The notes beneath the pieces are model-generated. The model saw nothing but the letters and a program-made list of their open reading frames with translations, ran no database searches and was not told where the DNA came from. Of a stretch of DNA of 64,000 bases, positions 1-12,197 are shown piece by piece; position 1 is the first letter of the stretch; every line of letters starts with the position of its first letter. The position numbers and the translations under genes were made by a program. Where the stretch lies: assembly GCA_030704615.1 (NCBI GenBank), contig CM060732.1:23498001-23562000 (forward strand). The letters run 5' to 3'. Source of the stretch: Takakia lepidozioides. Taxonomy: Eukaryota > Plantae > Bryophyta.

Positions 1-365
1 AGATGCAACTACGGTGTAGGGGCGTTGAATGAAGCACGCACCCTGTTACACACCATGCACCTAGCCACAAACTGTTTGCACCTCTGTGTGCATACCACGC
101 CACCAATACTGCCCCTGCAGTAGACTATGAGTGCATCGCCCACCAAAATGCCCCAACTCCTCATGGGCATGCCGCGCTAACCGTGCACGTTGTGTTGGGT
201 GAGGCACGATCCTCACCCGACTATCCTCCCATACTCGAAGCAGGTGTATCCCCTCCCACTTGAACCTCTTGGCTTGTTGCAGGATCCGATCCCTCTCCTT
301 GGTAGTCACACTAGCTGCTGTGTCTCCAGTGGCACCACCTGGCTCATCACTAGCCTCAGGGTCCT
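1..365 (-). mobile_element. Older Ty3/gypsy pol, integrase zinc-binding region (continuation of 6431-8158, split by the nested insertion)
   Basis: ORF 61..501(-) contains 'RHAHEELGHFG...QYWWRGMHTEVQ' (H2C2 integrase region). The frame GPTTGMTVDGV-SEDPEASDE is continuous once 371-6430 is removed. Confidence 0.85.
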
Positions 366-370
366 CAGAC

Positions 371-1100
371 TGTCGCGGCCCTTTGCCTTGAGGGCGGGGG
401 GGGGGGGGGGGGGTCGGGACACATGAGGGGCTGCCCCTGTGGTGGGGGCAGCGGCAGCGATAGGTATGGGGGGCTGAAGCACCCTTGAGTGTCCAAGGCA
501 CTCAAGGAGGCGGAGGCGCTCACTAGGTGGAGCCCTGCACACCGGGTTGCGGTGGGGGTGGCTCCACAAGGGGTGGTGGTAGCTTAGCGGGTCTTAGTGG
601 GGGTGGCATAGGACTCACCATAGGGTGGAGACCTCGTGGTGGGAGTCGTGGGGAGTCTTGGGACTCATCACGGCCCAATGGGGTCGTGGTGAGAGGGCCA
701 AGACTCACCGCGACTCACCACCGGGAGTCGAGGGTCTTCGTGGTGGTTCGCCATAAAATGGCATGGCTGGTTGTGAAACCCCCGCGGACAGCTACAGAAG
801 TATATATAGGGAGTAGTAACCCCGAGAACGGTGCAAGCCCGTTGGTGTCCAAAAACTAGTGAGTAAGCAAGCGAGCCGGAAAGCGACCAAAGAGTGGGGA
901 GCTGTTCCGGACTGCCATCTACAAAAGGGAATTCCACTAGGCCCAAATAGGTGGAGGGTCTTTCGGGAGAGCGTAGGGGACCGTTATGTCCCGGTGAGCA
1001 GCCGAAGCTCCGAGTTGGCCCGGCGGCCAGGTTGGGAGTCAGACGCGCGCATCAAAGTGAGTAACTTGAAGGGGAGCTTACCGAAGTGAGGTGCGCGACA
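371..1100 (+). repeat. 5' LTR
   Basis: TG...CA ends with 7-bp terminal inverted repeat; near-identical to 5692-6425; TATA-like TATATA near 800. Confidence 0.95.
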
Positions 1101-1102
1101 CT

Positions 1103-1114
1103 TGGTATCAGAGC
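1103..1114 (+). promoter_or_regulatory. Primer binding site complementary to tRNA-iMet
   Basis: TGGTATCAGAGC starting after a 2-nt spacer following the 5' LTR. Confidence 0.93.
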
Positions 1115-1155
1115 TTAGAGTTCAGTACGCGATCGTCCTTGGGATTGGCCTCATC

Positions 1156-4100
1156 ATGGGGTCGGGCAAGCCAAAGCGAAAGCGGAACGGCCCAAAAGAT
1201 GATGACCCTGGTGAGCCCGATGGGGGCGACGTGTCACCGAGGCGGCCGTTTGAGGAAGCGATGCATGCTTCTGAAAATGAGGCCGCGCAAGAGCGGGAGG
1301 AATCTGAGGAGTCGGAGTCCGAGGAATCCTTGAGAGCTCCGACAAACCAACAGATGCCCCCCATGGCGGCAGCCTTTTGGGAAGGGTTGCTGGCGCAGTT
1401 TGGCGGGACATTCAAAGACGTGTTGAAGGCGGCTAATGCCACTTCCACTAAGGCGAAGTTTAAGGTGAAGCCTAAGGAACCCGGCACCTTCGAGGGCGTC
1501 CGAAATCGGAAGGCACTCAACACCTGGCTCTTGGAGCTAGAGCAGTACTTCCGGGCGGCCAAGTTGAGTGACGAGGATTGGGTGGAAGTGGCTCCCACCT
1601 ATTTGAGGGGCTATGCTCAACAATGGTGGCAGAAACGCCTTCACGACCGAGGTCCAAGCCCGGAAACCTTGAGCTGGAGTGGGTTCAAGGAATTGATGAA
1701 GAGACAGTTTGTGCCCCTCAACGCGTCCTGGCTCGCCTGGGACAAGATGAGGAATTTGAAGCAAACAGATGACAGTTTGTGCCCCTCAATGTGCTGTTGC
1801 TCGAAGTCGCGGACATGGCAGAACCAGAAATGGTCTTCAACTTTGTGGCGGGACTGGCCCATGGGCCAGGCGGAAGTTGGAGGAGAAGCCACCCAAGACT
1901 TTGAACGAGGCTATTGAGAGGGCTGAATGTTTCTCAGATGTTCCTAGGGGTGAAAGACAAGGCCGTACGGAGCTGAACCACAAGAAGATTCGGCGGGAAT
2001 GTGACTCCTCCCGACCGGAAAAGAAGTGGGATAGGCCACGCGGCGAAAATGGAAATCGAAGGGAGGTCCTTCACACGTCAAGGCGGCACCCGGTGCTTCA
2101 AAAGAAAAAGCGGGTGGAGCGGCTTATGGCGGACAGAAGGCAACCTTTGATGGAGTGTGTTTCAATTGCGGGGAGTCCGGGCACATGGCCAAGAAGTGCA
2201 CAAAACCTCGACAATTGAACATGACTCGGGCAACCACGGAGCTGTCGGAAGATACCATCAGTCGCTTGGTGGAAGCGGTGGTCGCCAGGACTTGCAAGGT
2301 AGGCAAATTTTCTTGTGAGTTGTATCAGGAAACTGGCGCCTTACGAAAAGGGAGTCAGTTATTGTTCGTGGATGGGATAATATCCGGAACTAATGTGTCG
2401 TTGTTGGTGGACACAGGAGCGTCGCACTCCTTCATGACACCGGCAACGGCACAAAAGCTGGGACTCCCGACAAGTGACGTGGGGGCCTCTATTGAGGTGC
2501 GTTCTGCCAAAGGAGAACCTCAGTTGGCGACAAGGTTGGCGATTGATGTTCCTCTTCAACTGGGGAGTTGGGAGGGACGTGAGAACTTCACCATCTGCGA
2601 GATCGATGGAGTAGATCTCATTTTAGGGATGACCTTTTTGAGCAAATCCGGAGCGGTCATAGATGGCCGCAAGAGAGTAGTCACGCTGCCATGTGGGAAT
2701 GGTGGCGAGGTCTTACGAGTGTCGGAAACGCCCAAATCCGTGGGAGGGCGAATAAACCTTCTATCAGCAAAGGAGTGGGCCGTGGAGGAGGCACACGAAC
2801 CCCAATTCTTGCTTTACATTAGAGAAGTGAAGGGAGAAGGCGATGGGGAGCCGAGCCCAGATTGGATCAAGGGGATTTTGGAGAAATACCAGGATGTGAT
2901 GCCGGAGGATTTACCAAGCGGCTTGCCACCGCGAAGAGGAGTTGACCACAAGATTGAGGTGATACCGGGATCGGAACCGCCTGCCAAGGCGCCCTACCGG
3001 TTGAGCCACAGAGAGTTGGTCGAGCTGAAGACTCAGCTCAAGGATCTAATGTCAAAGGGGTACATCCGGCCGAGTAAGTCACCTTACGGAGCCCCGGTGC
3101 TATTTGCAGACAAGAAGGATGGGACGCTGCGGATGTGTGTCGATTACAGGGCTCTGAATAAGGTGACTATCAAAAACCGGTACCCTTTGCCAAGGATCGA
3201 CGACCTCTTCGATCGGTTGGCAGGAGCGAAGTATTTCAGCCGGATCGACTTGCGCTCCGGCTATCACCAAATTCGGGTGGCGGAAGGAGATGAGGAGAAG
3301 ACCGCGTGCAGGACAAGGTATGGTTCATATGAGTTCTTGGTGATGCCTTTTGGGCTCACCAATGCACCAGCGACATTTAGCACGTTGATGAACAGCCTTT
3401 TCCAGGAGTGGTTGGATGACTTTGTGATCGTGTACATCGACGACATCTTGGTGTACTCGAAAACAAAGGAGGAGCACCTGGAGCACCTCAAAAGGGTGTT
3501 CCAAAAATTGCGGGAAGGGAAGCTGTATGCCAAAGCTTCAAAGTGCGAATTCGGGGTCACGAAAGTGGAGTTCTTGGGGCATGTGATTACACAGGATGGG
3601 ATCAAAATGGATGACAGAAAGGTGAGGGCGATCTTGGACTGGGAGCCTCCGACTTCGGTCCAGGGAGTGCGATCCTTCCTAGGACTCGCCTCCTATTACC
3701 GGAAGTATGTGAGAAATTTCGCCAAGATCGCGGGGCCGCTGTCGGACCTTCTATGTAAATCCAAAGTCTGGGTATGGAACACATTTTGTGGCCAAGCCTT
3801 GCAAAATGGACTGCTCCGGTATAAGCAAAAGCGTCTCTACGTGCCGAAAGGAGGGATCAGGGATAGTCTCTTGAGAGAATGCCATGATAGACACTGTCTC
3901 GGACCGCGATCCAAAGTTTACGAGTAAATTCTGGAGAGCACTTTGGAAGAAGATGGGGACGAGGCTGAAGATGAGCACCGCCTTCCAACCTACGACGGAC
4001 GGCCAAACGGAAAGAGTGAATTCCGTAGTGAAGCAATTCTTGCGGAATTACGTGTTGGCAGACCAATCAGACTGGATGGAACACTTAGACGCGGCAGAGT

Positions 4101-4786
4101 TCTGTTATAATAACACAGAACACTCCGCAACGGGAGTTTCCCCTTTCGTATTGGTCTATGGAAAAGCACCTCTGGTGCCGACAAGTTGGGCCGCCCAGGA
4201 CGTTGAGGAACCGGCAGTAGCGGCGGTACTGGAAGAACATGAGCGTTTGTTAAAGCTCGCAAAGTACAACATTGCCAAAGCTAGGAAACGGTATGAAAGG
4301 CAGACGAATCGGAAGTGGAGGGAAGTGAAGTTTGAGGCAGGCACAGAGGTCTGGTTGAACATCAAGAATTTATGACTACCTCCGGAAGTGAGTCCGAAGT
4401 TCGTACCTCCGTATGCGGGTCCCTTTCGCATTCGGAAGGTTATGAATGAGGATGTGTATGAATTGGAGCTGCCGACAAACAGCAAGGTGCACCCAGTATT
4501 CCATGTCTCCCTTTTGAAGCCTTACTTCAAAGATGAAGCACGTCCGAATCAGCATCAAGTGTTGCGTCCGCCACCTATGCTGTTGGATCATGAAAATGAA
4601 CCTAAGTACGAGGTGGAGGCAATACTTAAGTCGAGGAGGTTCAGGAACCGAGAAACGGAGTATCTCGTCAAATGGAAGGGCTATCATCATGTGGAGGCAT
4701 CTTGGGTGCGTGCCTCAGAAATGGGAAACGCATCCGAGGCGGTTGCAGCTTTCGAAGGGCGACCTCAAAAGCGGAAGAAGCGTTGA
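1156..4786 (+). pseudogene. gag-pol (gag, zinc knuckle, aspartic protease, RT, partial integrase, group I chromodomain); frameshifted, RNase H and part of integrase deleted
   Basis: gag 'WLLELEQYF..QQWW'; [14 protein letters not shown]; VDTGAS; YIDDILVYS; SDRDPKFTS; YAGPF; chromodomain 'YEVEAIL..EYLVKWKGY..ASW'. The RT linker jumps directly to 'LQNGLLRY', and 'RECHD' jumps to 'VSDRD'; in-frame stop at 4373. Confidence 0.93.
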
Positions 4787-5691
4787 TGGGGACATCAACC
4801 TTGGAGCGTGGGGGAGGAAATGCATGCTTAGCCCGGTTTAGCTAGTTCAGGAATCCGATTGCAAAAACTTGTATTGTACAAAAATTTGTTATAAAGGAAA
4901 TGGGTTCCAAATATTGTGCGTCCTATTGTGTTTGGAATGGTGATGCATGGTGTGGTTGGCTAGTGTGTAGAATGCATGCTAGCTTACAAATGTGGGAGAG
5001 GTAAATTGGGTTAATCGTGTGTTTGCGCAGTGCCGAAATCGGGTGACTCCCATCCAAGGGGCAAGGAAATTTGCGCCTTCTTTGGGAGTTCACGTGCTAG
5101 TGCGCACCTGGCGCGTGCGCGTACTATAACTGCGCTACCGAGGGGGTTGCCTTGTAGTGCGGGCTAACGCGGAAGCTACGTGCTTCCGTTCACGTACTAT
5201 AATCGTGTAGCCTCGGGACGAAGTCGTAGTGCGGCTTCGGCGTGTTCCCGTACCTTAGGCCATCATTCCAAGGTGGACCCAATTGTAGTGATTGGGGCGC
5301 ACGGTTGGTTCAAGGTTATCTTCCTAGTCAAAGAGGGTTCCAGGGAACCCTTGCTCAAGATGATGCCAAAAACGGCATCATGAGCGGTCGCAAGCAATGT
5401 TGTTGCAGTAAGGCGATTCGATCCTCGGGGAGGATCGTTCCTTGGCCTTGAAGTAGGCCAAGAAGAGTGCACTGGGAGGAGCTGGAGAGGCTCCACCCTT
5501 GGCCGGGACTTGGAGGAAGTCGGCCGAACTAGCTAGTGGAGAGTAGAGTCAAGTGTGGGGTTTGGTTCTTTGCCATGGGACGCCATGGTACGGAAACAAA
5601 CTCCTTGATGTGGGACGCCACAACTTGGATGTTCGTTTCTACAAAATGGACAAGTCGATGAGGACATCGACTCCCTGTTGGTAGGGGTGTG

Positions 5692-6425
5692 TGTCGCGGC
5701 CTTTTGCCTTGAGGGCGGGGGGGGGGGGGGGTCGGGACACATGAGGGGCTGCCCCTGTGGTGGGGGCAGCGGCAGCGATAGGTATGGGGGGCTGAAGCAC
5801 CCTTGAGTGTCCAAGGCACTCAAGGAGGCGGAGGCGCTCACTAGGTGGAGCCCTGCACACCGGGTTGCGGTGGGGGTGGCTCCACAAGGGGTGGTGGTAG
5901 CTTAGCGGGTCTTAGTGGGGGTGGCATAGGACTCACCATAGGGTGGAGACCTCGTGGTGGGAGTCGTGGGGAGTCTTGGGACTCATCACGGCCCAATGGG
6001 GTCGTGGTGAGAGGGCCAAGACTCACCGCGACTCACCACCGGGAGTCGAGGGTCTTCGTGGTGGTTCGCCATAAAATGGCATGGCTGGTTGTGAAACCCC
6101 CGCGGACAGCTACAGAAGTATATATAGGGAGTAGTAACCCCGAGAACGGTGCAAGCCCGTTGGTGTCCAAAAACTAGTGAGTAAGCAAGCGAGCCGGAAA
6201 GCGACCAAAGAGTGGGGAGCTGTTCCGGACTGCCATCTACAAAAGGGAATTCCACTAGGCCCAAATAGGTGGAGGGTCTTTCGGGAGAGCGAAGCGGGAC
6301 CGTTATGTCCCGGTGAGCAGCCGAAGCTCCGAGTTGGCCCGACGGCCAGGTTGGGAGTCAGGCGCGCGCATCAAAGTGAGTAACTATGACTTGAAGGGGA
6401 GCTTACCGAAGTGAGGTGCACGACA
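5692..6425 (+). repeat. 3' LTR
   Basis: Copy of 371-1100, followed by TSD CAGAC. Confidence 0.95.
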
Positions 6426-6430
6426 CAGAC

Positions 6431-8158
6431 ACTCCGTCTACAGTCATCCCCGTTGTAGGTCCAACCTGACCTCCCGATGCTAAGATACACAAAAAGACAG
6501 ATGCATGTCATCCCGGCACCATCTCCTCGTCTGTCTCACCATGCCACCGAGCTCCAGTGTCATCCTGCTAGCTCGTGCATGGATTGCGACTCAATCCATC
6601 CGCATTCTTATTGACCAAACCCGATCGATGCACAACCTGAAAGTCATACTCCTGGAATATAAGTGCTCATCGTGCAAGCTTCCCCGTAAGCTTGTCTGAC
6701 TCCATCAACCACTTGAGTGGCTGGTGATCCGTGACAAGGGTGAAGAGATTGTCGTATAGATAGCACCTGAAGTGTGCCACGGCCCACACTACAGCTAAGC
6801 ACTCCCTCTCATATGAGCTATACTTAGACTCTGCAACGTTGTTCGAGCGGCTAGCATAAGCCACTACGAACTCTTTTCCTTCATCATCCACCTGTGTGAG
6901 CACCGCTCCAAGCCCCGGTATGCTCCAATCTGTATGCAGCTGAAAGGGACGCCCCCTGATAGGTCGTCTCAAGATGGCGCCGAGGTCAACCTCGCCTTGA
7001 GCTCCTGAAAAGCTTGCTCTTGCTCATCTTCCCACTGCCACTCCTGATCTACCTTGGTTAGCTTGGTTAGACCCTTTACAATAGCACTAAATCCCTTGAC
7101 AAACCATCTATAGTAGTTTGTCAACCCCATGAAAGCTCGAACTCGGCTCACATCCGTGGGGCATGAAATCTGTGCGATGGCCTCTACCTTAGTCTGCTGC
7201 ACCCCCAATCCTCCAGGATATATCATGTGGCCCAGATACTCAATCTAGTTGTGGAAAAACTTGCACTGTCCCGGATGTAATTTCAATCCGTGCGCTCTCA
7301 AGCGCTCAAATACCACCTGAAGGTGTCTTTTGTGCTCCTTCATCGTAGCACTAAGATATTGATGATATCATCTATGTAGCACCGAACAAAGTCCACCCCT
7401 GCTAGAATCCTGTCCATGACTGTCTGGAACTCTGCAGGAGCATTCTTAAGCCCGAATGGTGAGAACCGCCACTGATATAGGTAATCCTTCCCGTGCTCAT
7501 TGATCCCCCAGAATGTCGTCTTCTACTTGTCCGCCTCCTTGATCGGCAACTGGTGATATCCGGACCACAAGTCCAAAGTGCTAAGACCTTGGCATGTCCG
7601 ATGGCATCAAAGATCTCCTCCGGTGTGGGCATGGCATACTTATCGGACTTGGTCTGACGATTTACAAGCCGGTAATCACCGCACATACGTCTCTCCGTCC
7701 AATTGCCATAGACGTCCTTTTTGGCTGGCATCACCGTGGCTGAAGTATACTCTCCACCAGAGAGCTCCACCAAACCAGCCTCCCAGAGATCTTGGGTCCT
7801 CATCTGAATCAAAGACCTCTCCATGTCATTGTATCTATAGGGTCTCCGAAAGATTGGCGTGTCTATGGCCAACTCAATATGAATTTCCTAACCCTTCAGT
7901 GCTCCCAAGTCCTTCAAACTGAAAGCAAAGCAAATTGTCCTCCGTAACTACAACCTCATGAGCAGTACTCCCTGTCTGCTCAGTCAATGACAAGGCCTCA
8001 TCCTGCCCCATCATCTCATCCTTGAGAACCTCCTCGACCCGAGAAGAATCCCGAACCTCATCCATCACAGCCGCCTTGGCTGCCAACTCCCTCTGAACCT
8101 CGAGCACCTCCCACGTGTCACTAGAAGAAAAACGTGGAATAACCACTGGCCCTTTAAC
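6431..8158 (-). mobile_element. Degenerate Ty3/gypsy pol (RT and RNase H) of the older host element
   Basis: RT 'RRMCGDYR..DKYAMPTPEEIFD'; RNase H 'RPFQLHTDWS..LGAVLTQ..VAYASRS..YERECLAVVWAV'; several frameshifts. Confidence 0.9.
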
Positions 8159-9339
8159 CACTACTGTCTTTTTCCACTCTATAAACCACTAGTAACCACT
8201 TGCCAGTGGTTAATCCCAATGAAATGCCACGGTGGCATCACAGACAGTGGTTGGAAGTGGTTTCAACCACTCAGTAGTCCACGTGTAATAATTTGTTTTT
8301 ATTTATTTGCTAATACATTTTAATTAATAAATATAATATTCCTCGTGGACGAGTGCAGTGGTACATTGTGAGTGGTTATAGACACCTCAGTGATGGGAAG
8401 TGGTTGAAACCACTTGCTACTCAATGTGGTATGATTAGGGGTAACAGAGTAGTCCGGGTACGGCAACACAACCTCGGAAATCATGACCAATTTCACATGG
8501 ATACGGTAATAGTTGTCTGGCACATTTGCTTTCGGAAAGCCAGCAATATATCCCACACCTGCCCTTCTTTTTGGTGCACACGGATCAAACAATAACACCT
8601 TGTCGCCAATCTGAAACTGCAACAACCAGATTCCCATATCAATCGAACCCTGGAGAACAGAGACTGACAGCTTGGCACTCCTGCAAAATGGCATTGAAGT
8701 TCTTCCAGCAAACACCCCAACCCTACCTATTGTAGTACTTCCAATTCTGAATTGCATTTGCTTGTCTCTATACTCCATGCTGACATGATCAAAGCTGGAA
8801 CGGTGCCATACCTAGTTGATAGCAGGTTATGCATGGTCAGCATGGATGTGGTATGACGATGTCACAAAACTACCTTTGTAGGTTGCTGGGCCTGCAGCTA
8901 TATGGCGATACATAGGGGGTGTATTGATCCAACATTAAAAAAATTGCACAAGGGAAGTACTTACACTATGCGGATTTTGTTGGTCAGTCAGATCCACTGT
9001 GGTTGTAGTCTGATTGATAGCACATATTGTACTCTCCCTGCCCATTGAACGCTTCACTGGTTTCACCATCTGTATATTGAATGACACAATGATCAAAAAA
9101 TTAGAATAGCACGAATGACACACAATGTGAAGTAGCATTAACAATAAAAATCCACCCACGCGCCCAAGCATTGAAACTTTTGCTCTCACCTTTCGTTGAT
9201 TATGCTTTGTTGTTGCATCGGGAGGCAAAGTCGTTGGAACTCTAGCAGCAGGAAGCCCTGGTTCGGATGCCTTTGCAGATTGTTATGATCCACTACCCAT
9301 GGCTGCGCTCTTGAACAAGTAGTTGGGTTGCCCATATTT

Positions 9340-9933
9340 TTATGGGTGCCCTGACACATACTCAGGGATGTGTGCAGCCTTGGATACACCCTCTAACCAA
9401 GGCAGTAATTCTTTCATAAGCCTCTTGTAGTTTGGCTGATCCCTCGACTTCCATGGATACGGGAAGATGCAATTATTTGCAGGGTTGGGTAAGCAAGCGA
9501 GTGGGGAATCGTCCACCAACAAAGTATTGGTTGGATTGTAATGGCTGTAGTCCTTCCAGAACTTACATAAGTTCTTGTACATGATAGTTTTAGAAGGATT
9601 GACAGGGTCCACCATTCCCACAGGCTGGTCACAATAGTCTTGGTGAAGCACCACCTTTGGCTGTTTCCCACAAAACAAAGCTTTCACGAGTGGAAGGACA
9701 TTACTCAATGACATGGAAGACCATACACCTGCATCAAAAATCTGAAGGCATCGGTCCAGAAACTCCTGACACCCAGGTCTGGAGGTGACAGTGGGCTCTA
9801 GGTATTCCTTTGTTCGTAGTCTGGTCTCACATAACAATCCATTCAAGTCAAGTATAAGGATGTGTTTCTGCCTCTCAGATGCCGAAGGGCAATTACCTAG
9901 AGTGCCCCACAGACACACATTTCTGTGGGGCAC
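9340..9933 (-). pseudogene. FCP1/NIF-like HAD phosphatase domain inside the transposon
   Basis: 'ILILDLNGLL', 'RPGCQEFL', 'GVWSS', 'KNLCKFW', 'NTLLVDDSP...NP' motifs. Confidence 0.75.
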
Positions 9934-11495
9934 TCTACAAATTCATGGAGACCTCACAGGCATATTGAGAGGGTAGTACATATGCCGGCAGTGCTACTGG
10001 TGCAGGGGACAACAAAACTGATGAACACTTTGCAGTTGCCTCAACAATATGGGGGGATGGATTGAGTTCACCTTCAGACCAACCCTCCATGTCATCATCC
10101 CCTTCCATCTCTGAAAGCCCAAACAATGAGCCTATTGTGTTTGGCTTTGGTGGCGGTGAAGAAATTGCTTGAACAGGTTGAGTAGTGAGCCCATAACATG
10201 AGAAATAGTCTCCTTTGTTGTCTGTGGCGCAAAGGTGGTGCATGGTGGACCTGTAGGCTGTGAATTTGGCACATTCATGCCAAGTTTAGCTGCGAGCGCA
10301 ATGTTGAATGCAGCTGCTGCCTCCAGTTGGACTTGGACTGCTTCCAAAGCTGCCTTGGAGCTGGCTTCCATCTGCACTTGCTTGTTTTCCATAGCATCAA
10401 GGCGAGCTGCTAGTGAACCAATTCCCTGCCCCAACACATAGAACACCTCCAAAGTAACAATTCACTACACTGAACTGATGACCTAGTAAGAAAAGAGAAC
10501 CAAACGGCAACTTGCAATGGCATGGAAATCATGAATATGTATTTCACACCAGATTGGGACTAAGTTTATATACCGATGTGGCTGCACTGCCTATACACCC
10601 CGACCCACTGGTGGCTTCGCAGAAGCCATAGCTCGTTGGCAGCAGGTGCAGAAGCAAACCCCAGCTCGGGGAGAGCTCGGGAACGTCCAAGAACGCGTGG
10701 GATTTCCAGCCCCAGTTTAGATCACAATGAAGCATTGTTACAGTTGCTTCTGGAATTCATGCATGTTCGAGTGGACAAGTATGAGAATTATATTGTTTCT
10801 CATGTTTATGTTGAGCAATGTGTGCAGAGTTCAGTCAAAAAAAGGAAGGGAATTGCAGGGAAGGATGCGAACGAGCATAAGTCTCTTACTCCAGCGAAGT
10901 GTGCACCAACTATTGCGCCAGCTGCTGTGATGAGTGGTGCGTCTGTTCCAACTTACGAAAAACCAGCCCCGCCCACTCCACAGACTGACGTTCCAGCTCC
11001 CTTGTATCCACCAGTATCGGCTCCTCCCTCGTATCCGCCTATATACCCGCAGTATCCTGCCATGTCAGGGTATAATCTACATGAGCACATGCCGTATCCT
11101 CACTATCAACCTCCAAACAATGATCCTCAGTGCCATAATTACAATTCTTTTGCTCCACCTACAGGCGCTCCAATGCATGATCCTAGTCAAGGTGGGTATT
11201 CCATTTACCACCATTATGGAATGCATCCTCATAGTATGTATCCTCCTCGACCTATGAACAACCAACCTACTTCCTCCCTCTATCCTACCAGCCCTGCAAG
11301 ACCACACCAGGGGCAGGTCCAGTATGGTGGCCACCAACCTCCAGCATCCAACTACAGTGGAGTACAACAGCGGCACCTTCGAGCTTCATTGCACCGCAGC
11401 CACCTCTTTATCCAACATCTCCAGGTACACCTAATACCCTGAAAGGGAAAGGCATTCTGAAACAGACCGAGGATGCATCTTCTCCGCATCATCCT

Positions 11496-12197
11496 GTGGG
11501 TGGGAGACATCAGTCCAGCCACAACAGAGTGAAGGTGGTAACATGCAAGGTACTGCTGAAACCTTGGAGGATTCCAGCCTTACTCCTGGGGGGGGCATCA
11601 GGTGTGACTCCTGTAGAACGTAAAAATGCTTTAAGGAGGGAAAGAAGGGCACTTGCAAAAGATCTGAGAGACCAGGCTGCTCAAAATGTGGCTATAGGGA
11701 GGAGGAAATTTTTCATTTCTTGTGATGAACTTGGAAACCCTGAAGGTCCTGCTCGGAACCAGTGGATGACAGCTCTGCGAGGGCAGTGTCAACGTTTGTT
11801 GGACTGGTCATTGTATGCTCAGGATCAACCATTACACTTAATTGAAAAGATCATGGAGATATTGGCTTCAGATTGGGAATATGGACCTCCTGGTCTTAAC
11901 ATAAAGGCTATTACAAAAACAATTTGCGGGCAGCTCAAGTACCAACGAAATAAGCTGTTAAAAAATTACTATAGTGTGGGGCTGCCCAAACCCCATCATG
12001 TGCCAGACAAGACATGGGCACAACTAGTTGTTAGTTGGGGTTCCACAGATTTCAAGAAATTCCAGGCAAATGGTGTCAAGGCGCGGGGATGTGTGAAGAA
12101 TACATCTCGATCGGGTCGCAGTGGAATTAGCGGTGTTGTAGCACGACTGGTATACTTCTCTTACAACATAGGAAGTTCCCACATTGTTTTTCATTGA
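11496..12197 (+). pseudogene. En/Spm TnpA-like (Transposase_24-like) fragment
   Basis: 'PKPHHVPDKTWAQLVVSW....N..AR.....SRSGRSG' pattern. Confidence 0.6.

Larger units (their letters stand above)
371..6425 (+). mobile_element. Ty3/gypsy chromovirus LTR retrotransposon with both LTRs, internally deleted (non-autonomous)
   Basis: LTRs 371-1100 and 5692-6425 (TGTCGCG...CGCGACA); TSD CAGAC at 366-370 and 6426-6430; PBS at 1103; gag, protease (LLVDTGAS), RT (YIDD), partial integrase and chromodomain. Confidence 0.97.

Noticed and set aside
523-1089. Short ORFs repeated in each LTR
   Set aside because: GC-rich LTR sequence with no protein motifs, and not maintained in the third LTR.
5043-5300. 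Hammerhead ribozyme / retrozyme
   Set aside because: No CUGANGA...GAAA core seen in the structured region.
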